DNA of 64,000 nucleotides, taken from positions 4,177 to 68,176 of IMG/VR virus record IMGVR_UViG_3300021256_000100; one strand, 5' to 3'. Numbering within the stretch: position 1 is the stretch's first letter; each line of letters starts with the position of its first letter. Under the pieces are notes generated by a model, which worked only from the letters and a program-made list of their open reading frames with translations, did not search any database and was not told where the DNA came from. This DNA is from a virus. Taxonomy: Duplodnaviria > Caudoviricetes. Positions 1-8,541 of this stretch are shown one piece after another. The position numbers were made by a program, and so were the translations under genes.

Positions 1-2
1 GT

Positions 3-278
3 CGTCACTACGGGGTGATTGGGGAGAGGGTTGAATTATATCTTCATATTGATCGTGTCTTTGAAAGCGAGTATCGTCGCAATAGTGGTTGGTATGGTAG
101 TTCTACATCCTATATGTATTTGATGCATGATGAAGCTGGTAATATTTTCAAGTGGAGTTCTTCTTGCTATTATGTAGAAGGAGAAGATGTTCATTTTCGT
201 GCGACGATTAAAGAACATACGGAATATAAGGGTGTGGCGCAGACAGTATTAACGCGTTGTACGAAAGTAAAGGAGTAA
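3..278 (+). CDS. Hypothetical phage protein, 5'-truncated (possible OB-fold-like C-terminus)
   Basis: Frame is open from the window edge to TAA 276-278; followed by AGGAG and the next gene. Confidence 0.6.
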   Translation, partial: RHYGVIGERVELYLHIDRVFESEYRRNSGWYGSSTSYMYLMHDEAGNIFKWSSSCYYVEGEDVHFRATIKEHTEYKGVAQTVLTRCTKVKE

Positions 279-280
279 AG

Positions 281-613
281 ATGAGAATACAGATTACTTA
301 TATTGCAGAGGATGGAGAAGAATTCGAAACTCTTAAAGAATGCCATGAATGGGAACGGAAGATTAATAGTCTTCCTGGCACTATTACATTCAAAAATGAG
401 GAAGGAATTCTTCTCTGTCCTCATGGCGCAGAAGAAATAGAGAAAGCTTATGACCATGCACAGTATATTTGTGTTTCACAAGGGGAAACTTGGAAAGAAG
501 ACCTCAACTTTTTACGTTGGTATTGGGGCTTTTGCCTTGATGGTATAGATGGTCCAGGAACTTATTCTTATAATAGAGAAAATATGGAATGGGAGAAGGT
601 GAAAAATGAATAA
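281..613 (+). CDS. Hypothetical protein
   Basis: AAGGAG RBS then ATG 281; overlaps next start. Confidence 0.65.
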   Translation: MRIQITYIAEDGEEFETLKECHEWERKINSLPGTITFKNEEGILLCPHGAEEIEKAYDHAQYICVSQGETWKEDLNFLRWYWGFCLDGIDGPGTYSYNRENMEWEKVKNE

Positions 614-956
614 TAATTTTTTAAGGCAATTGTGCTATACAATTGAGCAAGAGTATTGGAAGAGGTATTTGGATGATTATGCTGATTATGGCGATTCATC
701 TTCTATGACGAGAAAAAGATGGGAGGACTGGCAGGTTGCTGATGATATTACAAAGCAAATTCTAAATTCTATTGCTATTTCACCCGATTGGGAGGAGGAG
801 CCATGGAAGAAGCTTTGTGATCTTGTAAAGCAGGTGAATATTGATGAGCTGGTAGGACAGATTAGTCAGGATAGATTGAATGCATGGAGCGCCGCCTGGA
901 GAGAAGAAGTTTTTGATACATTAGAAGAGATGAAGGAATCAGTAGAAAAGAAATGA
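606..956 (+). CDS. Hypothetical protein
   Basis: 116-aa ORF with overlapping start/stop on both sides. Confidence 0.65.
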   Translation: MNNNFLRQLCYTIEQEYWKRYLDDYADYGDSSSMTRKRWEDWQVADDITKQILNSIAISPDWEEEPWKKLCDLVKQVNIDELVGQISQDRLNAWSAAWREEVFDTLEEMKESVEKK

Positions 957-1150
957 GAAGATATTCAGAAGAAGAAGTATTAGCTATTCTTTATCTTGCT
1001 GGTATTTATGGAGAAGAAAATGCTCTAGAGGCTTACAAAGAATTTACTGACTCTGTTTATAATATTCCTTATCGAGACATTAGTATTTGTCTTTCTAGCT
1101 GGGTACAGGCTAAGGAGTTGCAAGGCGCGCAGTATGAACTTTCAGAATAA
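953..1150 (+). CDS. Hypothetical protein
   Basis: Start overlaps upstream stop (ATGA). Confidence 0.6.
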   Translation: MRRYSEEEVLAILYLAGIYGEENALEAYKEFTDSVYNIPYRDISICLSSWVQAKELQGAQYELSE

Positions 1151-1166
1151 ATTATAAAAGAGGTTA

Positions 1167-1733
1167 ATGAAAATGAATAATGATATTTATTGTACTAGTA
1201 GTACATATAGTCCGTCGAATGCGTATCAAACAGAATTTGATCTTTATGGTCGTCTTTTTAATCCTCGGCGACCAGAATTGTTCGATGAGGTAAAAGATAT
1301 TACTCTTATCAAAGAAAAAAATGGACGAGAGTGTGGAGTTATTATTGATTTTAAAAATGGTAATAGACAAAAAGCAGTTTGTGTAGGAGAAGATGAATTT
1401 AACTTAGAGGTTGGTATTACTATTTGTCTCACTAAGTATCTGGCGGAAGCATATTTTCATGCCAAAAATGGTTCTGCTACTTATAATAAAGCTGTTGAAA
1501 AATGTGTTAAATTTTTGGATAAAAAAGATTTAAAGAAACGCGAAGAAGAAGAAAAGGAAAAGCACATCAAAGCAGCTAAGGTCAAGCGCGCAGAAAAGAA
1601 AGCTCGTAGAGAGGCGCGGCGCCTTGTCCAGATGAGAGAAGACGCAATTAATGTAATGACCGAAGCTTATGTAAGAGCAATGCGTCAGTTTGAGGAAGAA
1701 AGACAAGATAGATTGTCTGATGATTTAAAGTAA
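1167..1733 (+). CDS. Hypothetical phage protein with K/R/E-rich coiled-coil C-terminus
   Basis: GAGG RBS, 188-aa ORF. Confidence 0.7.
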   Translation: MKMNNDIYCTSSTYSPSNAYQTEFDLYGRLFNPRRPELFDEVKDITLIKEKNGRECGVIIDFKNGNRQKAVCVGEDEFNLEVGITICLTKYLAEAYFHAKNGSATYNKAVEKCVKFLDKKDLKKREEEEKEKHIKAAKVKRAEKKARREARRLVQMREDAINVMTEAYVRAMRQFEEERQDRLSDDLK

Positions 1734-1758
1734 GGCGCGGAAAGTTAGGAGGGTTGGC

Positions 1759-2028
1759 ATGGAACAAGAAAAGGAAAAGAAATCCGTAGTTACGCTTGAA
1801 GAAAAGTGGGCAGTTATTGGATTGCCTGAAAATGCAGTTAAGATTGAGTTAATTGTTACGTTTTTTGATTCGGAAAAAGACGAATTGTGTAAGTGCTCGA
1901 AAGACCTCAGCATGAAAGAAATCAAAGATGCTTTTAGAAAGGCTGAGGACTATATTGATGAAGATGATAAGTTCGTACTTACTGAAAAAGGAAAAGAACT
2001 TTTAAAGGGGCTTGAAAATGATAGATAA
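1759..2028 (+). CDS. Hypothetical protein
   Basis: AGGAGG RBS. Confidence 0.65.
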   Translation: MEQEKEKKSVVTLEEKWAVIGLPENAVKIELIVTFFDSEKDELCKCSKDLSMKEIKDAFRKAEDYIDEDDKFVLTEKGKELLKGLENDR

Positions 2029-2545
2029 AGCTACGAAAGATGCAAACAAAAAGCTCGTTGAAAGATTCCCCTTCTTGATTCCAAGAAATGAATGGAGCGG
2101 TAAGAAGATAACTGAAGGAGCCGGGTTCTGGCCTGGCTCCCCAGATAAGGTTCCAGAGTATGACTATGAGTTTACTGCATTGGATGATATGCCCATAGGA
2201 TGGCGAAAAGCTTTCGGTGAGCAGATGTGCGAGGAATTAAAAGAAGCACTGGATAAATGTGAGCTTTCGGATAAAGAAAAAGAGTGGTATGGGGATTGGT
2301 ATCCTATTCAAATTAAGGAAAAATATGGTTCATTGCGCTTTTATCCTAGCTGGAGTACAGAAGATATTGAAAAAATTCTTCTAAAATATGAACGTTTATC
2401 TGAGGTAACATGTATTGAATGCGGCGCGCCCGCAACGAAATACACAGTTGGATGGATTTCACCGTATTGTGATAAGTGTGCGTCTAAGTATGACACCGTC
2501 ATAACAAAGGAGGAATATTTTGATAAGAATTTTTGGGAATTCTAA
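2018..2545 (+). CDS. Hypothetical phage protein (QIKEKYGSLRFY motif, C-terminal CxxC...CxxC)
   Basis: ORF overlaps upstream gene; motif familiar from phage hypotheticals; possible Zn ligands. Confidence 0.7.
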   Translation: MIDKATKDANKKLVERFPFLIPRNEWSGKKITEGAGFWPGSPDKVPEYDYEFTALDDMPIGWRKAFGEQMCEELKEALDKCELSDKEKEWYGDWYPIQIKEKYGSLRFYPSWSTEDIEKILLKYERLSEVTCIECGAPATKYTVGWISPYCDKCASKYDTVITKEEYFDKNFWEF

Positions 2546-2671
2546 TATTTTTTAGTGTCGCGCGCAACGTACGCAGATAAGATTTTCCAGAAAATTTGAG
2601 TTTCAAAATTTTGTATTTTTCTTTTAAAAAAACTACATTAAATATGTAAGGAGACTTATATATATAATATA

Positions 2672-2930
2672 TAAGGGGAAAAGCTTCGCTTTCCCTTAGA
2701 ATTTTTTTTGAATAGCGAGCGTCCTCCTTCCGTGGAGCGCGAAGCGCGGAGCGGAAAAGGACGCGGGTCCGCAGGACGCCCGCGCGGCGAGCGCGCGTAT
2801 ACGCCAGCGTATACGCCAGCTTATTAAAAGGGGGCGTAGGGAAAAAACCTACGCCGGTGGCGAAGCCAGACGTATTAAGGGGAATTTTTCTACGAAAAAA
2901 GGCGAAGCCAGACTTAGACTGGCTTCGGTT
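2672..2930. other. GC-rich hairpin cluster with GNA triloops (origin-like)
   Basis: GCGC-GAA-GCGC 2737-2747 inside GCGTCCT...AGGACGC; TCC-GCA-GGA hairpin; GGCGAAGCC twice; GGCGTAGG/CCTACGCC inverted repeat; GCGTATACGCCAGC twice. Confidence 0.5.
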
Positions 2931-3066
2931 AGGGGTAGTATATCGTGTTCGGGGCAGGACAACCTATGGTGCAGAGACATAGGGGCATATATAGGACTTT
3001 ATGGGAATTTAGCAGAATTTAATAGAATTTGGAGTGTACTTAGCCCAAATTTTACAGGAAAGCAAA

Positions 3067-3145
3067 CTTATAAGTATATAAGTAAGTATATAAGTAAGGA
3101 GAACTTATAAGCGTATAAGTAAGCGTATAAGTATGCTTATAAGTG
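3067..3145. repeat. Degenerate TATAAGT(AAG) tandem repeats
   Basis: Repeated TATAAG core (about 7 copies) seen directly. Confidence 0.8.
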
Positions 3146-3290
3146 CGAAAAATTTTTTTGAAAAAATTTTTGAAAAAATTTCGAAAAAAATTCCGAAAAA
3201 ATTTCGTAGAAAAATCCGAGAAAATTTCGTAGAAAAATTCGTAAAGAAAATTGTATAAAATTCTTTACGAAATTCCTGGCTTACCTATTT
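3146..3290. repeat. Phased A/T tracts (GAAAAAATTT-like units, about 10-13 bp spacing)
   Basis: Seen directly; spacing near the helical repeat suggests curved DNA. Confidence 0.7.
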
Positions 3291-3317
3291 CCTTCGAAAT
3301 TTTCTCTATAAAAAACT

Positions 3318-3346
3318 TTGCTTTTTCCTCAAAGTTATTATATAAT
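3318..3346 (+). promoter_or_regulatory. sigmaA-type promoter
   Basis: TTGCTT-N17-TATAAT. Confidence 0.65.
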
Positions 3347-3416
3347 ATTTATAGAAAGTGAGAGAGGAACTCCCCACTTACTATTAAGGCTTACTCGTCA
3401 GATTGGAGGCTTATTC

Positions 3417-3635
3417 ATGAGCAGAGGAACTCCCAAAGAGGAAAAAGAAGCGCAGCTTGCGCGCAAACGTAAAAAGTCCAAAAAAGCCTACGAAGAAGAC
3501 CTGAAAAATCAGCGAGTTATGATTCCTTGGAATACTGGTACAAGAGTTCATGATAAGACTCATGCGCAGAAGCGTCAAAAATCAAAGCAACGACTGCGCG
3601 AGATGCAAATGAAGGGTAAAGAGGCTGATATGTGA
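3417..3635 (+). CDS. Small basic hypothetical protein
   Basis: GGAGG RBS, ATG 3417, K/R-rich 72 aa. Confidence 0.65.
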   Translation: MSRGTPKEEKEAQLARKRKKSKKAYEEDLKNQRVMIPWNTGTRVHDKTHAQKRQKSKQRLREMQMKGKEADM

Positions 3636-3681
3636 GCGCCGCTTCCTTTCAATTAATGTTACTCAGTAGGCTAAAGAAAAT

Positions 3682-3710
3682 TTGAAAAATTCTTAAAAGT
3701 CTGCTATAAT
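3682..3710 (+). promoter_or_regulatory. sigmaA-type promoter
   Basis: TTGAAA-N17-TATAAT. Confidence 0.7.
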
Positions 3711-3819
3711 ATTTATAGAAAGTGAGAGAGGAAAACAAATAAACCTCTCCCCTGCGCCTGGCGCACAAATCAACTAAATTAAATTTGGGTCGCGACCTAC
3801 GCGAGAAGGAGAAAAAACC

Positions 3820-4176
3820 ATGACTAACCGTGAATTCTATGAAGCTATTGTCAATGCCAACGTTACCGAAGAGCTGCGCGAGTTTGCACAGGCCGCAATT
3901 GAGAAGCTGGACCACACCAATGAAGTCCGCAAGGTAGCTACTGCGAAGAAGGCTGCTGAGCGTGAGGCTGAGCGTGCGCCGATGCGCGAGGCCATTATGA
4001 ATGTTATGACCGACGAGCCGAAGACCGCCACCACCCTTATTGCCGAGGCTGGTGTGGAGCTGAAGCCGCAGGCGATTCCGTCCCTGCTGAAGGCGATGGT
4101 CGAAGATGGTACTGTTGTTAAGACTCAGATTAAGGTTACTGGAAAGGGCAAGCAGGTTGGCTACGCTCGTGCGTGA
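3820..4176 (+). CDS. Putative winged-helix DNA-binding protein (paralog of 8542-8883)
   Basis: AAGGAG RBS; highly biased codons; C-terminal helix-helix-wing pattern (..LLKAMVEDGTVVKTQIKVTGKGKQVGY). Confidence 0.6.
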   Translation: MTNREFYEAIVNANVTEELREFAQAAIEKLDHTNEVRKVATAKKAAEREAERAPMREAIMNVMTDEPKTATTLIAEAGVELKPQAIPSLLKAMVEDGTVVKTQIKVTGKGKQVGYARA

Positions 4177-4228
4177 GTCACAGCTTGTGAGTGAGTTGCG
4201 GAGACAGGAAGTCTCCTAAGAGATCAAG

Positions 4229-4262
4229 GGAAGCGGTCATAACGACCGCTTCCTTTCTTTTT
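4229..4262 (+). terminator. Rho-independent terminator
   Basis: GGAAGCGGTC-ataac-GACCGCTTCC then T-rich tract. Confidence 0.8.
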
Positions 4263-4327
4263 GCGCGATGAAAGTTTGAAAACAAAATAAAACTGCGGTA
4301 TACTAAAGAGGGAAAATAAAATAAAAG

Positions 4328-4590
4328 GGACTTTGCAGCTGCAAAGTCCTTTCTTTATTATAGGAAGCGGCCGCTTCCCAGCTGCCATTGTCCAGCTGCG
4401 CAGCTGCTTTATTCTGAAAATTTGACGGCGCGTTGCAGCTGCGGCCCAGCTGCTTAAAATTTGACAGCTCCCAGCTTCGCAGCTGCTATTAAAATTTGAC
4501 TTCCCAGCTGCAGCTGCTTTGCAGCTGCCAAAATTTGACATCCAGGGACGCGCGCTTTAGTGCGGTGACGCGGTGACGCGGTGATATGGT
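4328..4590. repeat. CAGCTG / AAAATTTGAC degenerate array with palindromes
   Basis: 10 CAGCTG; AAAATTTGAC at 4417, 4456, 4491, 4530; 22-bp palindrome 4328-4349; 16-bp palindrome 4363-4378; GCGGTGAY three times at 4562-4585. Confidence 0.85.
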
Positions 4591-4644
4591 ACCACGTTAC
4601 CACTTTACCATGGTGAAGTGCCGCAGAAAAAAATTTTTTCGGGC

Positions 4645-4679
4645 TTGACATTTGACAGCCAGCGTGATATAATTATAAT
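4645..4679 (+). promoter_or_regulatory. Two overlapping perfect-consensus promoters
   Basis: TTGACA 4645 +17 TATAAT 4668; TTGACA 4652 +16 TATAAT 4674. Confidence 0.65.
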
Positions 4680-4761
4680 GGGGAAAATTTGACGCGCGGC
4701 CCGGGCATGAATACGATGAGAGATCCGCCCGGGCACGGTTAGACATATCTAACTGGGGTAG

Positions 4762-4790
4762 AAAAGGGGACGCACTCAGAGAGTGCGTCC
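4762..4790 (-). terminator. Terminator ending the tRNA transcript
   Basis: GGACGCACTC/GAGTGCGTCC 10-bp stem, CCTTTT follows on the - strand. Confidence 0.75.
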
Positions 4791-4826
4791 AAAACAGAAA
4801 GGAAAACACAAAAATTAGGTAAAAAG

Positions 4827-4897
4827 CGGGGATAGATGGACTCGAACCATCATTAAGTGATTAACAGTCACTCGTTCTACCCTTGGACTATATCCCC
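4827..4897 (-). tRNA. trnN: tRNA-Asn(GTT), CCA not encoded
   Basis: GGGGATA/TATCCCC acceptor stem; AGTGA-CTGTTAA-TCACT anticodon arm; GATGG-TTCGAGT-CCATC T-arm. Confidence 0.93.
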
Positions 4898-4937
4898 GAA
4901 GGTTGCGGTTTTAAGGGTTGACCGCAAACCCTGGCGG

Positions 4938-5303
4938 TTATGCGACCGCCTCACGTTCTGCCTTGGCTTTCGCCTTGGCTTCACGTGCCGCCTTATCCTT
5001 GGCGATTTTCTTCGCCTTGGCTTCGGCTGAGGCTTTCGCCTTTTCTGCCTTGGCTTCACACTTCAACTTGAAGTCTTCCGCCATTGCGTACCCATCATAG
5101 GGGTCACCATCACGAGAGCCAGTGGGAATTTTGAAGGTCAAGACAAGAAATTCATCCTCACCATTTGCATCCACGCAGGGGAGAGCAATCTCATTAGAGC
5201 CAGTTACGAGGATTTCCTCGCCATTTTCCGCAAGGAACTTGGATACCATTTCGATGTAGTGGTTACGAAGAGTGTCACGAAGAGTTTTTTTGGAAGTTGC
5301 CAT
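4938..5303 (-). CDS. Hypothetical protein with Ala/Lys-rich tail (paralog of 7982-8329)
   Basis: Own promoter, AAGGAG RBS, shared motif F(K)xPxGSRDGDxYDGYAMAE. Confidence 0.75.
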   Translation of the reverse strand: MATSKKTLRDTLRNHYIEMVSKFLAENGEEILVTGSNEIALPCVDANGEDEFLVLTFKIPTGSRDGDPYDGYAMAEDFKLKCEAKAEKAKASAEAKAKKIAKDKAAREAKAKAKAEREAVA

Positions 5304-5577
5304 AAGAGGAATCTCCTTTCTTGATTTGTACCTATATTATACCATACCCCGAAGGGTTTGTCAAGGGGTTTTTCAAAAGTTTTTTGAAAAATCTTTGCAA
5401 TCCACAGACCCCGTTAAGAGGTAACTTTCTCTGCGGTCGAGGACATCTTTACTGTTCCATCGCCCCTTGACAAGTATTATAATACCACAAACCATGAAGA
5501 AAGTCAATACCTTTTTAAAAATTTTTTAAGTTAGGCGCGACTAATCTCGCCCGGGCGCCCGCCTCGGCGCCGGTGGG

Positions 5578-6219
5578 TTACTTCCAAAGTAACCCATCGG
5601 TAACGCCTCGGCGAAGGCACTCACACAAGATTTCTTTCTCGATGCGCACATCGTCCAGACCCTTGTGGACTTCCTCGAAAGTGTTGTCACCAGTGAGGAA
5701 GCGGTAGAGGATTTCGGCGGTAAAGCGGTTCTGACCATTCTTGGTGTGATAGTCGTTGACCTTGCAGAAGTCACAGTAAGCTTCATCGGCGCCGAAGGCT
5801 TGGCGTGCCATTTTTAAGGTGTCACAGACCTTCACTCCATAGGGGAAGAAGAAGCGATATTTGGAAGAGGTCAGATACCGCTGAGTCAGATTGCAAGAGA
5901 GATAATCAAATCGTGCATTGTGCGCGTAGATTTCTTTGATGTCGTAGGCTTTGCAGTCTGCGGCCAAGGCTTTCTTGATAGTGAAGAGTCTTGCGAGCTT
6001 GCGGTCGCCGCTCTTGATTTCTTCCCAGTAAGAGGGGATTTTCTCAGCGAAGTAAGCGGTTTCCATCCATTCTTTATCGAGGAAGACCTCAGCTACAGCG
6101 TAGCTTTCGCTTTTAAGAATCTCGCCTGTTTCGGTTTCTACAACCGCCCATCCGATATCATAGCAGATAGGTTCTTCGATAGAGTTGGTGGTTTCAGTGT
6201 CAAGTACGATTACTTTCAT
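5578..6219 (-). CDS. DEDDh-family 3'-5' exonuclease
   Basis: ExoI LDTET, ExoII AHNARFD, ExoIII HKGLDD motifs. Confidence 0.82.
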   Translation of the reverse strand: MKVIVLDTETTNSIEEPICYDIGWAVVETETGEILKSESYAVAEVFLDKEWMETAYFAEKIPSYWEEIKSGDRKLARLFTIKKALAADCKAYDIKEIYAHNARFDYLSCNLTQRYLTSSKYRFFFPYGVKVCDTLKMARQAFGADEAYCDFCKVNDYHTKNGQNRFTAEILYRFLTGDNTFEEVHKGLDDVRIEKEILCECLRRGVTDGLLWK

Positions 6220-6343
6220 GGTGGTTTGTTTTCCTTTCTCCATTTGATATATAGAGTATATCATAGAAAGAGAGAAAAGTCAACCCCTTTTTAAAAATTT
6301 TTTTCTTTTTTACTTTAGTGTGGTGAAGTGCGCGCCCGGGCAC

Positions 6344-6475
6344 TTAGCACTCGAAAAAGGTAATGTTGTAAGTTCCGTCTTCCTCTCGATAGATCATAAC
6401 ATTATAACCTTCGTCAAGAAGGGAATTGATTAAATCAATTGCGCCATGTAAGTCTTTACAATATATATCTCCCAT
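6344..6475 (-). CDS. 43-aa hypothetical protein (below ORF-track cutoff)
   Basis: AAGGAGG RBS; MGDIYCKDLHGAIDLINSLLDEGYNVMIYREEDGTYNITFFEC. Confidence 0.65.
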   Translation of the reverse strand: MGDIYCKDLHGAIDLINSLLDEGYNVMIYREEDGTYNITFFEC

Positions 6476-6592
6476 TTTCCTCCTTATAAAAAGGGAAGAA
6501 AACTTCAAAGAAGTTTTCGGTAAATTGAAGGGAGTGAAGTCGGCCTTTAACCTACCTACTCATCAACTTGCGTTTTCTTCCCTTTTAATTCT

Positions 6593-6796
6593 TTATCTGA
6601 CTTCGGCCAGCTTCGCCTTAATGGTAGCAGGCGCGACCTTATTTTTCAGCTCCGTCTGCGCGAAGTGGTTGATGACCTCTTGCAGGGTGCAGGCGTTGTA
6701 CCAGCCACCGCCATACTGTGTCCAGTCGCCAAAGCGACCATATTTAACAGAGATGATGCAGTCGATAGTATTAACCTTAACGTAGATTTTCTTCAT
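6593..6796 (-). CDS. Hypothetical protein
   Basis: Own promoter and AGGAAAGG RBS. Confidence 0.7.
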   Translation of the reverse strand: MKKIYVKVNTIDCIISVKYGRFGDWTQYGGGWYNACTLQEVINHFAQTELKNKVAPATIKAKLAEVR

Positions 6797-6951
6797 GGTG
6801 GTAATTTTCCTTTCCTTAACTTTGTAACTACATTATACTACAAGAGTTATAGGAAGTCAACCACTTTTTGAAAATTTATGAGATAAAAAGTGCATAAATT
6901 ATTTGAGAAAATTTGTGCAAGTTGACGGATGCGCCCGGGCACGAACGAGTC

Positions 6952-7140
6952 CTAAAAATCGGACTCGTCCATTTCATTTGCAAAATTTTGGTTGTCATAG
7001 ACGAGGAAGAAGATTTTGCTTCCTTCGTGTTGCGCCTGAAGTTCAATTGCTTCTTCAAGACTGCGGCAAGGAACACCTGCGAAGGTTCCGTCTTCTTTGA
7101 CTACACAATACAATTCATCAAACCAATCGAAATCACGCAT
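6952..7140 (-). CDS. Small acidic hypothetical protein
   Basis: Coupled to upstream gene; GAGGAGG RBS. Confidence 0.65.
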   Translation of the reverse strand: MRDFDWFDELYCVVKEDGTFAGVPCRSLEEAIELQAQHEGSKIFFLVYDNQNFANEMDESDF

Positions 7141-7142
7141 TT

Positions 7143-7379
7143 TTATTCCTCCTCCTCTACACCTTCGGACTCAATAAAAGCATCATGAAAGCAACTTTCT
7201 AATTTACTCCAAATTATATCAAGCGCCTTTTGTTCTGCTTCATCGTGTGTTTCTGCGGATGGCAACTCTTTTAATGTGGTCTCCACCGCATCAAGCACTT
7301 CTTCATCTGCATAAAAGCAATCGCTTAACATTTTTATTAACTCATCAATCGCCGCCTGTCTACTGATTAAATCATCCAT
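7143..7379 (-). CDS. Small acidic phage protein (MDDLISRQAAID-type N-terminus)
   Basis: Own promoter; N-terminus common in Bacillota phage hypotheticals. Confidence 0.7.
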   Translation of the reverse strand: MDDLISRQAAIDELIKMLSDCFYADEEVLDAVETTLKELPSAETHDEAEQKALDIIWSKLESCFHDAFIESEGVEEEE

Positions 7380-7486
7380 TTTCTTTGTCCTTTCTCAATT
7401 TGTAACTATATTATATCACACGAAAGAGAAATTGTCAATACCTTTTTCAAAAAATTTTTCGCGCGCCCGGGCATTGAGAAGGCGAA

Positions 7487-7669
7487 CTACAGTTCGCCAT
7501 CCTCGTCGGTGAATTCACAAATTGGGCAGATGAATTTTGCTAATTCGTATTCGTTCCAATCGCATTCATAAATTGGTTCGCCGCACTCTGGACAATTATA
7601 GAATCTTTCTTCCCAATCTACATAACCACCATAGACTTCTTCAACAATTTTTGCATTTGCTTCCCACAT
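7487..7669 (-). CDS. Zn-ribbon protein
   Basis: CPECG...CPIC; own promoter. Confidence 0.7.
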   Translation of the reverse strand: MWEANAKIVEEVYGGYVDWEERFYNCPECGEPIYECDWNEYELAKFICPICEFTDEDGEL

Positions 7670-7704
7670 TTTTATTTTTCCTTTCCTTTTATAAGACTAT
7701 TATA

Positions 7705-7887
7705 TCATTCTTCTTCTTGATTGTCAAGAGTTTTCTTCAATTTTTGTTTATTTTTTCTGCGCGCTTTGCGTTTGAAAATTGCTTCAAGTTTCTGTCTGTC
7801 TTTGATAAAAACAAAACGAGGACAGTTTAAATCCCATGCGGTATAATCTTTTACGGTAGACTTCTTTAAATCATCCATTGCTTTCAT
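7705..7887 (-). CDS. Small basic hypothetical protein
   Basis: Own promoter, AGGAG RBS; 3' end carries the next -35 box. Confidence 0.6.
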   Translation of the reverse strand: MKAMDDLKKSTVKDYTAWDLNCPRFVFIKDRQKLEAIFKRKARRKNKQKLKKTLDNQEEE

Positions 7888-7981
7888 CTCCTTGATTTGT
7901 AATTACATTATAACACAAGAAGGAAAGATTGTCAATACCTTTTTTTGAAAAATTTTGCGCCCGGGCCATTGACGCGAAGGA

Positions 7982-8329
7982 TTAACCTTCGCGCTTTGCT
8001 TTGGCTTCGGCCTTTTGCGCGCGCATTTTCTTGTCGCGCTCAATTTTTTCCGCCTTTTTCTTGGCGGCCTCCTCGGCCTTACGCGCCTTGGCCTCGCACT
8101 TCATGCGATATTCCTCGGCCATCGCATAACCATCATAAAGGTCGCCATCACGAGAACCTTTCGGCACCTTGAAAGTCATAACCAAATAACCTTCTTCACT
8201 ATCTTCACCTATAATAGGAACACACAGTTCCTGAGAACCAGTACGCAGAACATCGTACTGAAGTCCTTCAAGAAGGACTCTAACATCATCCATCAAATGC
8301 GCGCGAGTTTTATCAAATTTAGTTGCCAT
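7982..8329 (-). CDS. Hypothetical protein (paralog of 4938-5303)
   Basis: Shared motifs; own promoter. Confidence 0.72.
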   Translation of the reverse strand: MATKFDKTRAHLMDDVRVLLEGLQYDVLRTGSQELCVPIIGEDSEEGYLVMTFKVPKGSRDGDLYDGYAMAEEYRMKCEAKARKAEEAAKKKAEKIERDKKMRAQKAEAKAKREG

Positions 8330-8541
8330 AATTTCTAACCCCTTTCTGTTTTCTGAAAACATTATATCATTTTTTGCTAATCTTGTCAAGCACTTTTTAG
8401 GAAAATTTTCAACTTTTTTCCTTTTTGATATTTATATTATATCATATATTTCAGAAAATTTCAAATTTAAATTTTGGAGGAAGCGGTTGACGCCCGGGCG
8501 CCAAGGCGCACCCGAAGGTGCGCCGAAGGAGGCGAAGGTGG

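Noticed and set aside
4790-4827. Theta/HDV-like ribozyme after the tRNA
   Set aside because: The trailer is a U-rich stretch leading to a plain terminator; no nested pseudoknot seen
6489-6586. Fourth hammerhead (TTGATGAG...CGAAA on the - strand)
   Set aside because: Core is not contiguous with stems I and II and the cleavage triplet would be UUU; kept only as a long hairpin
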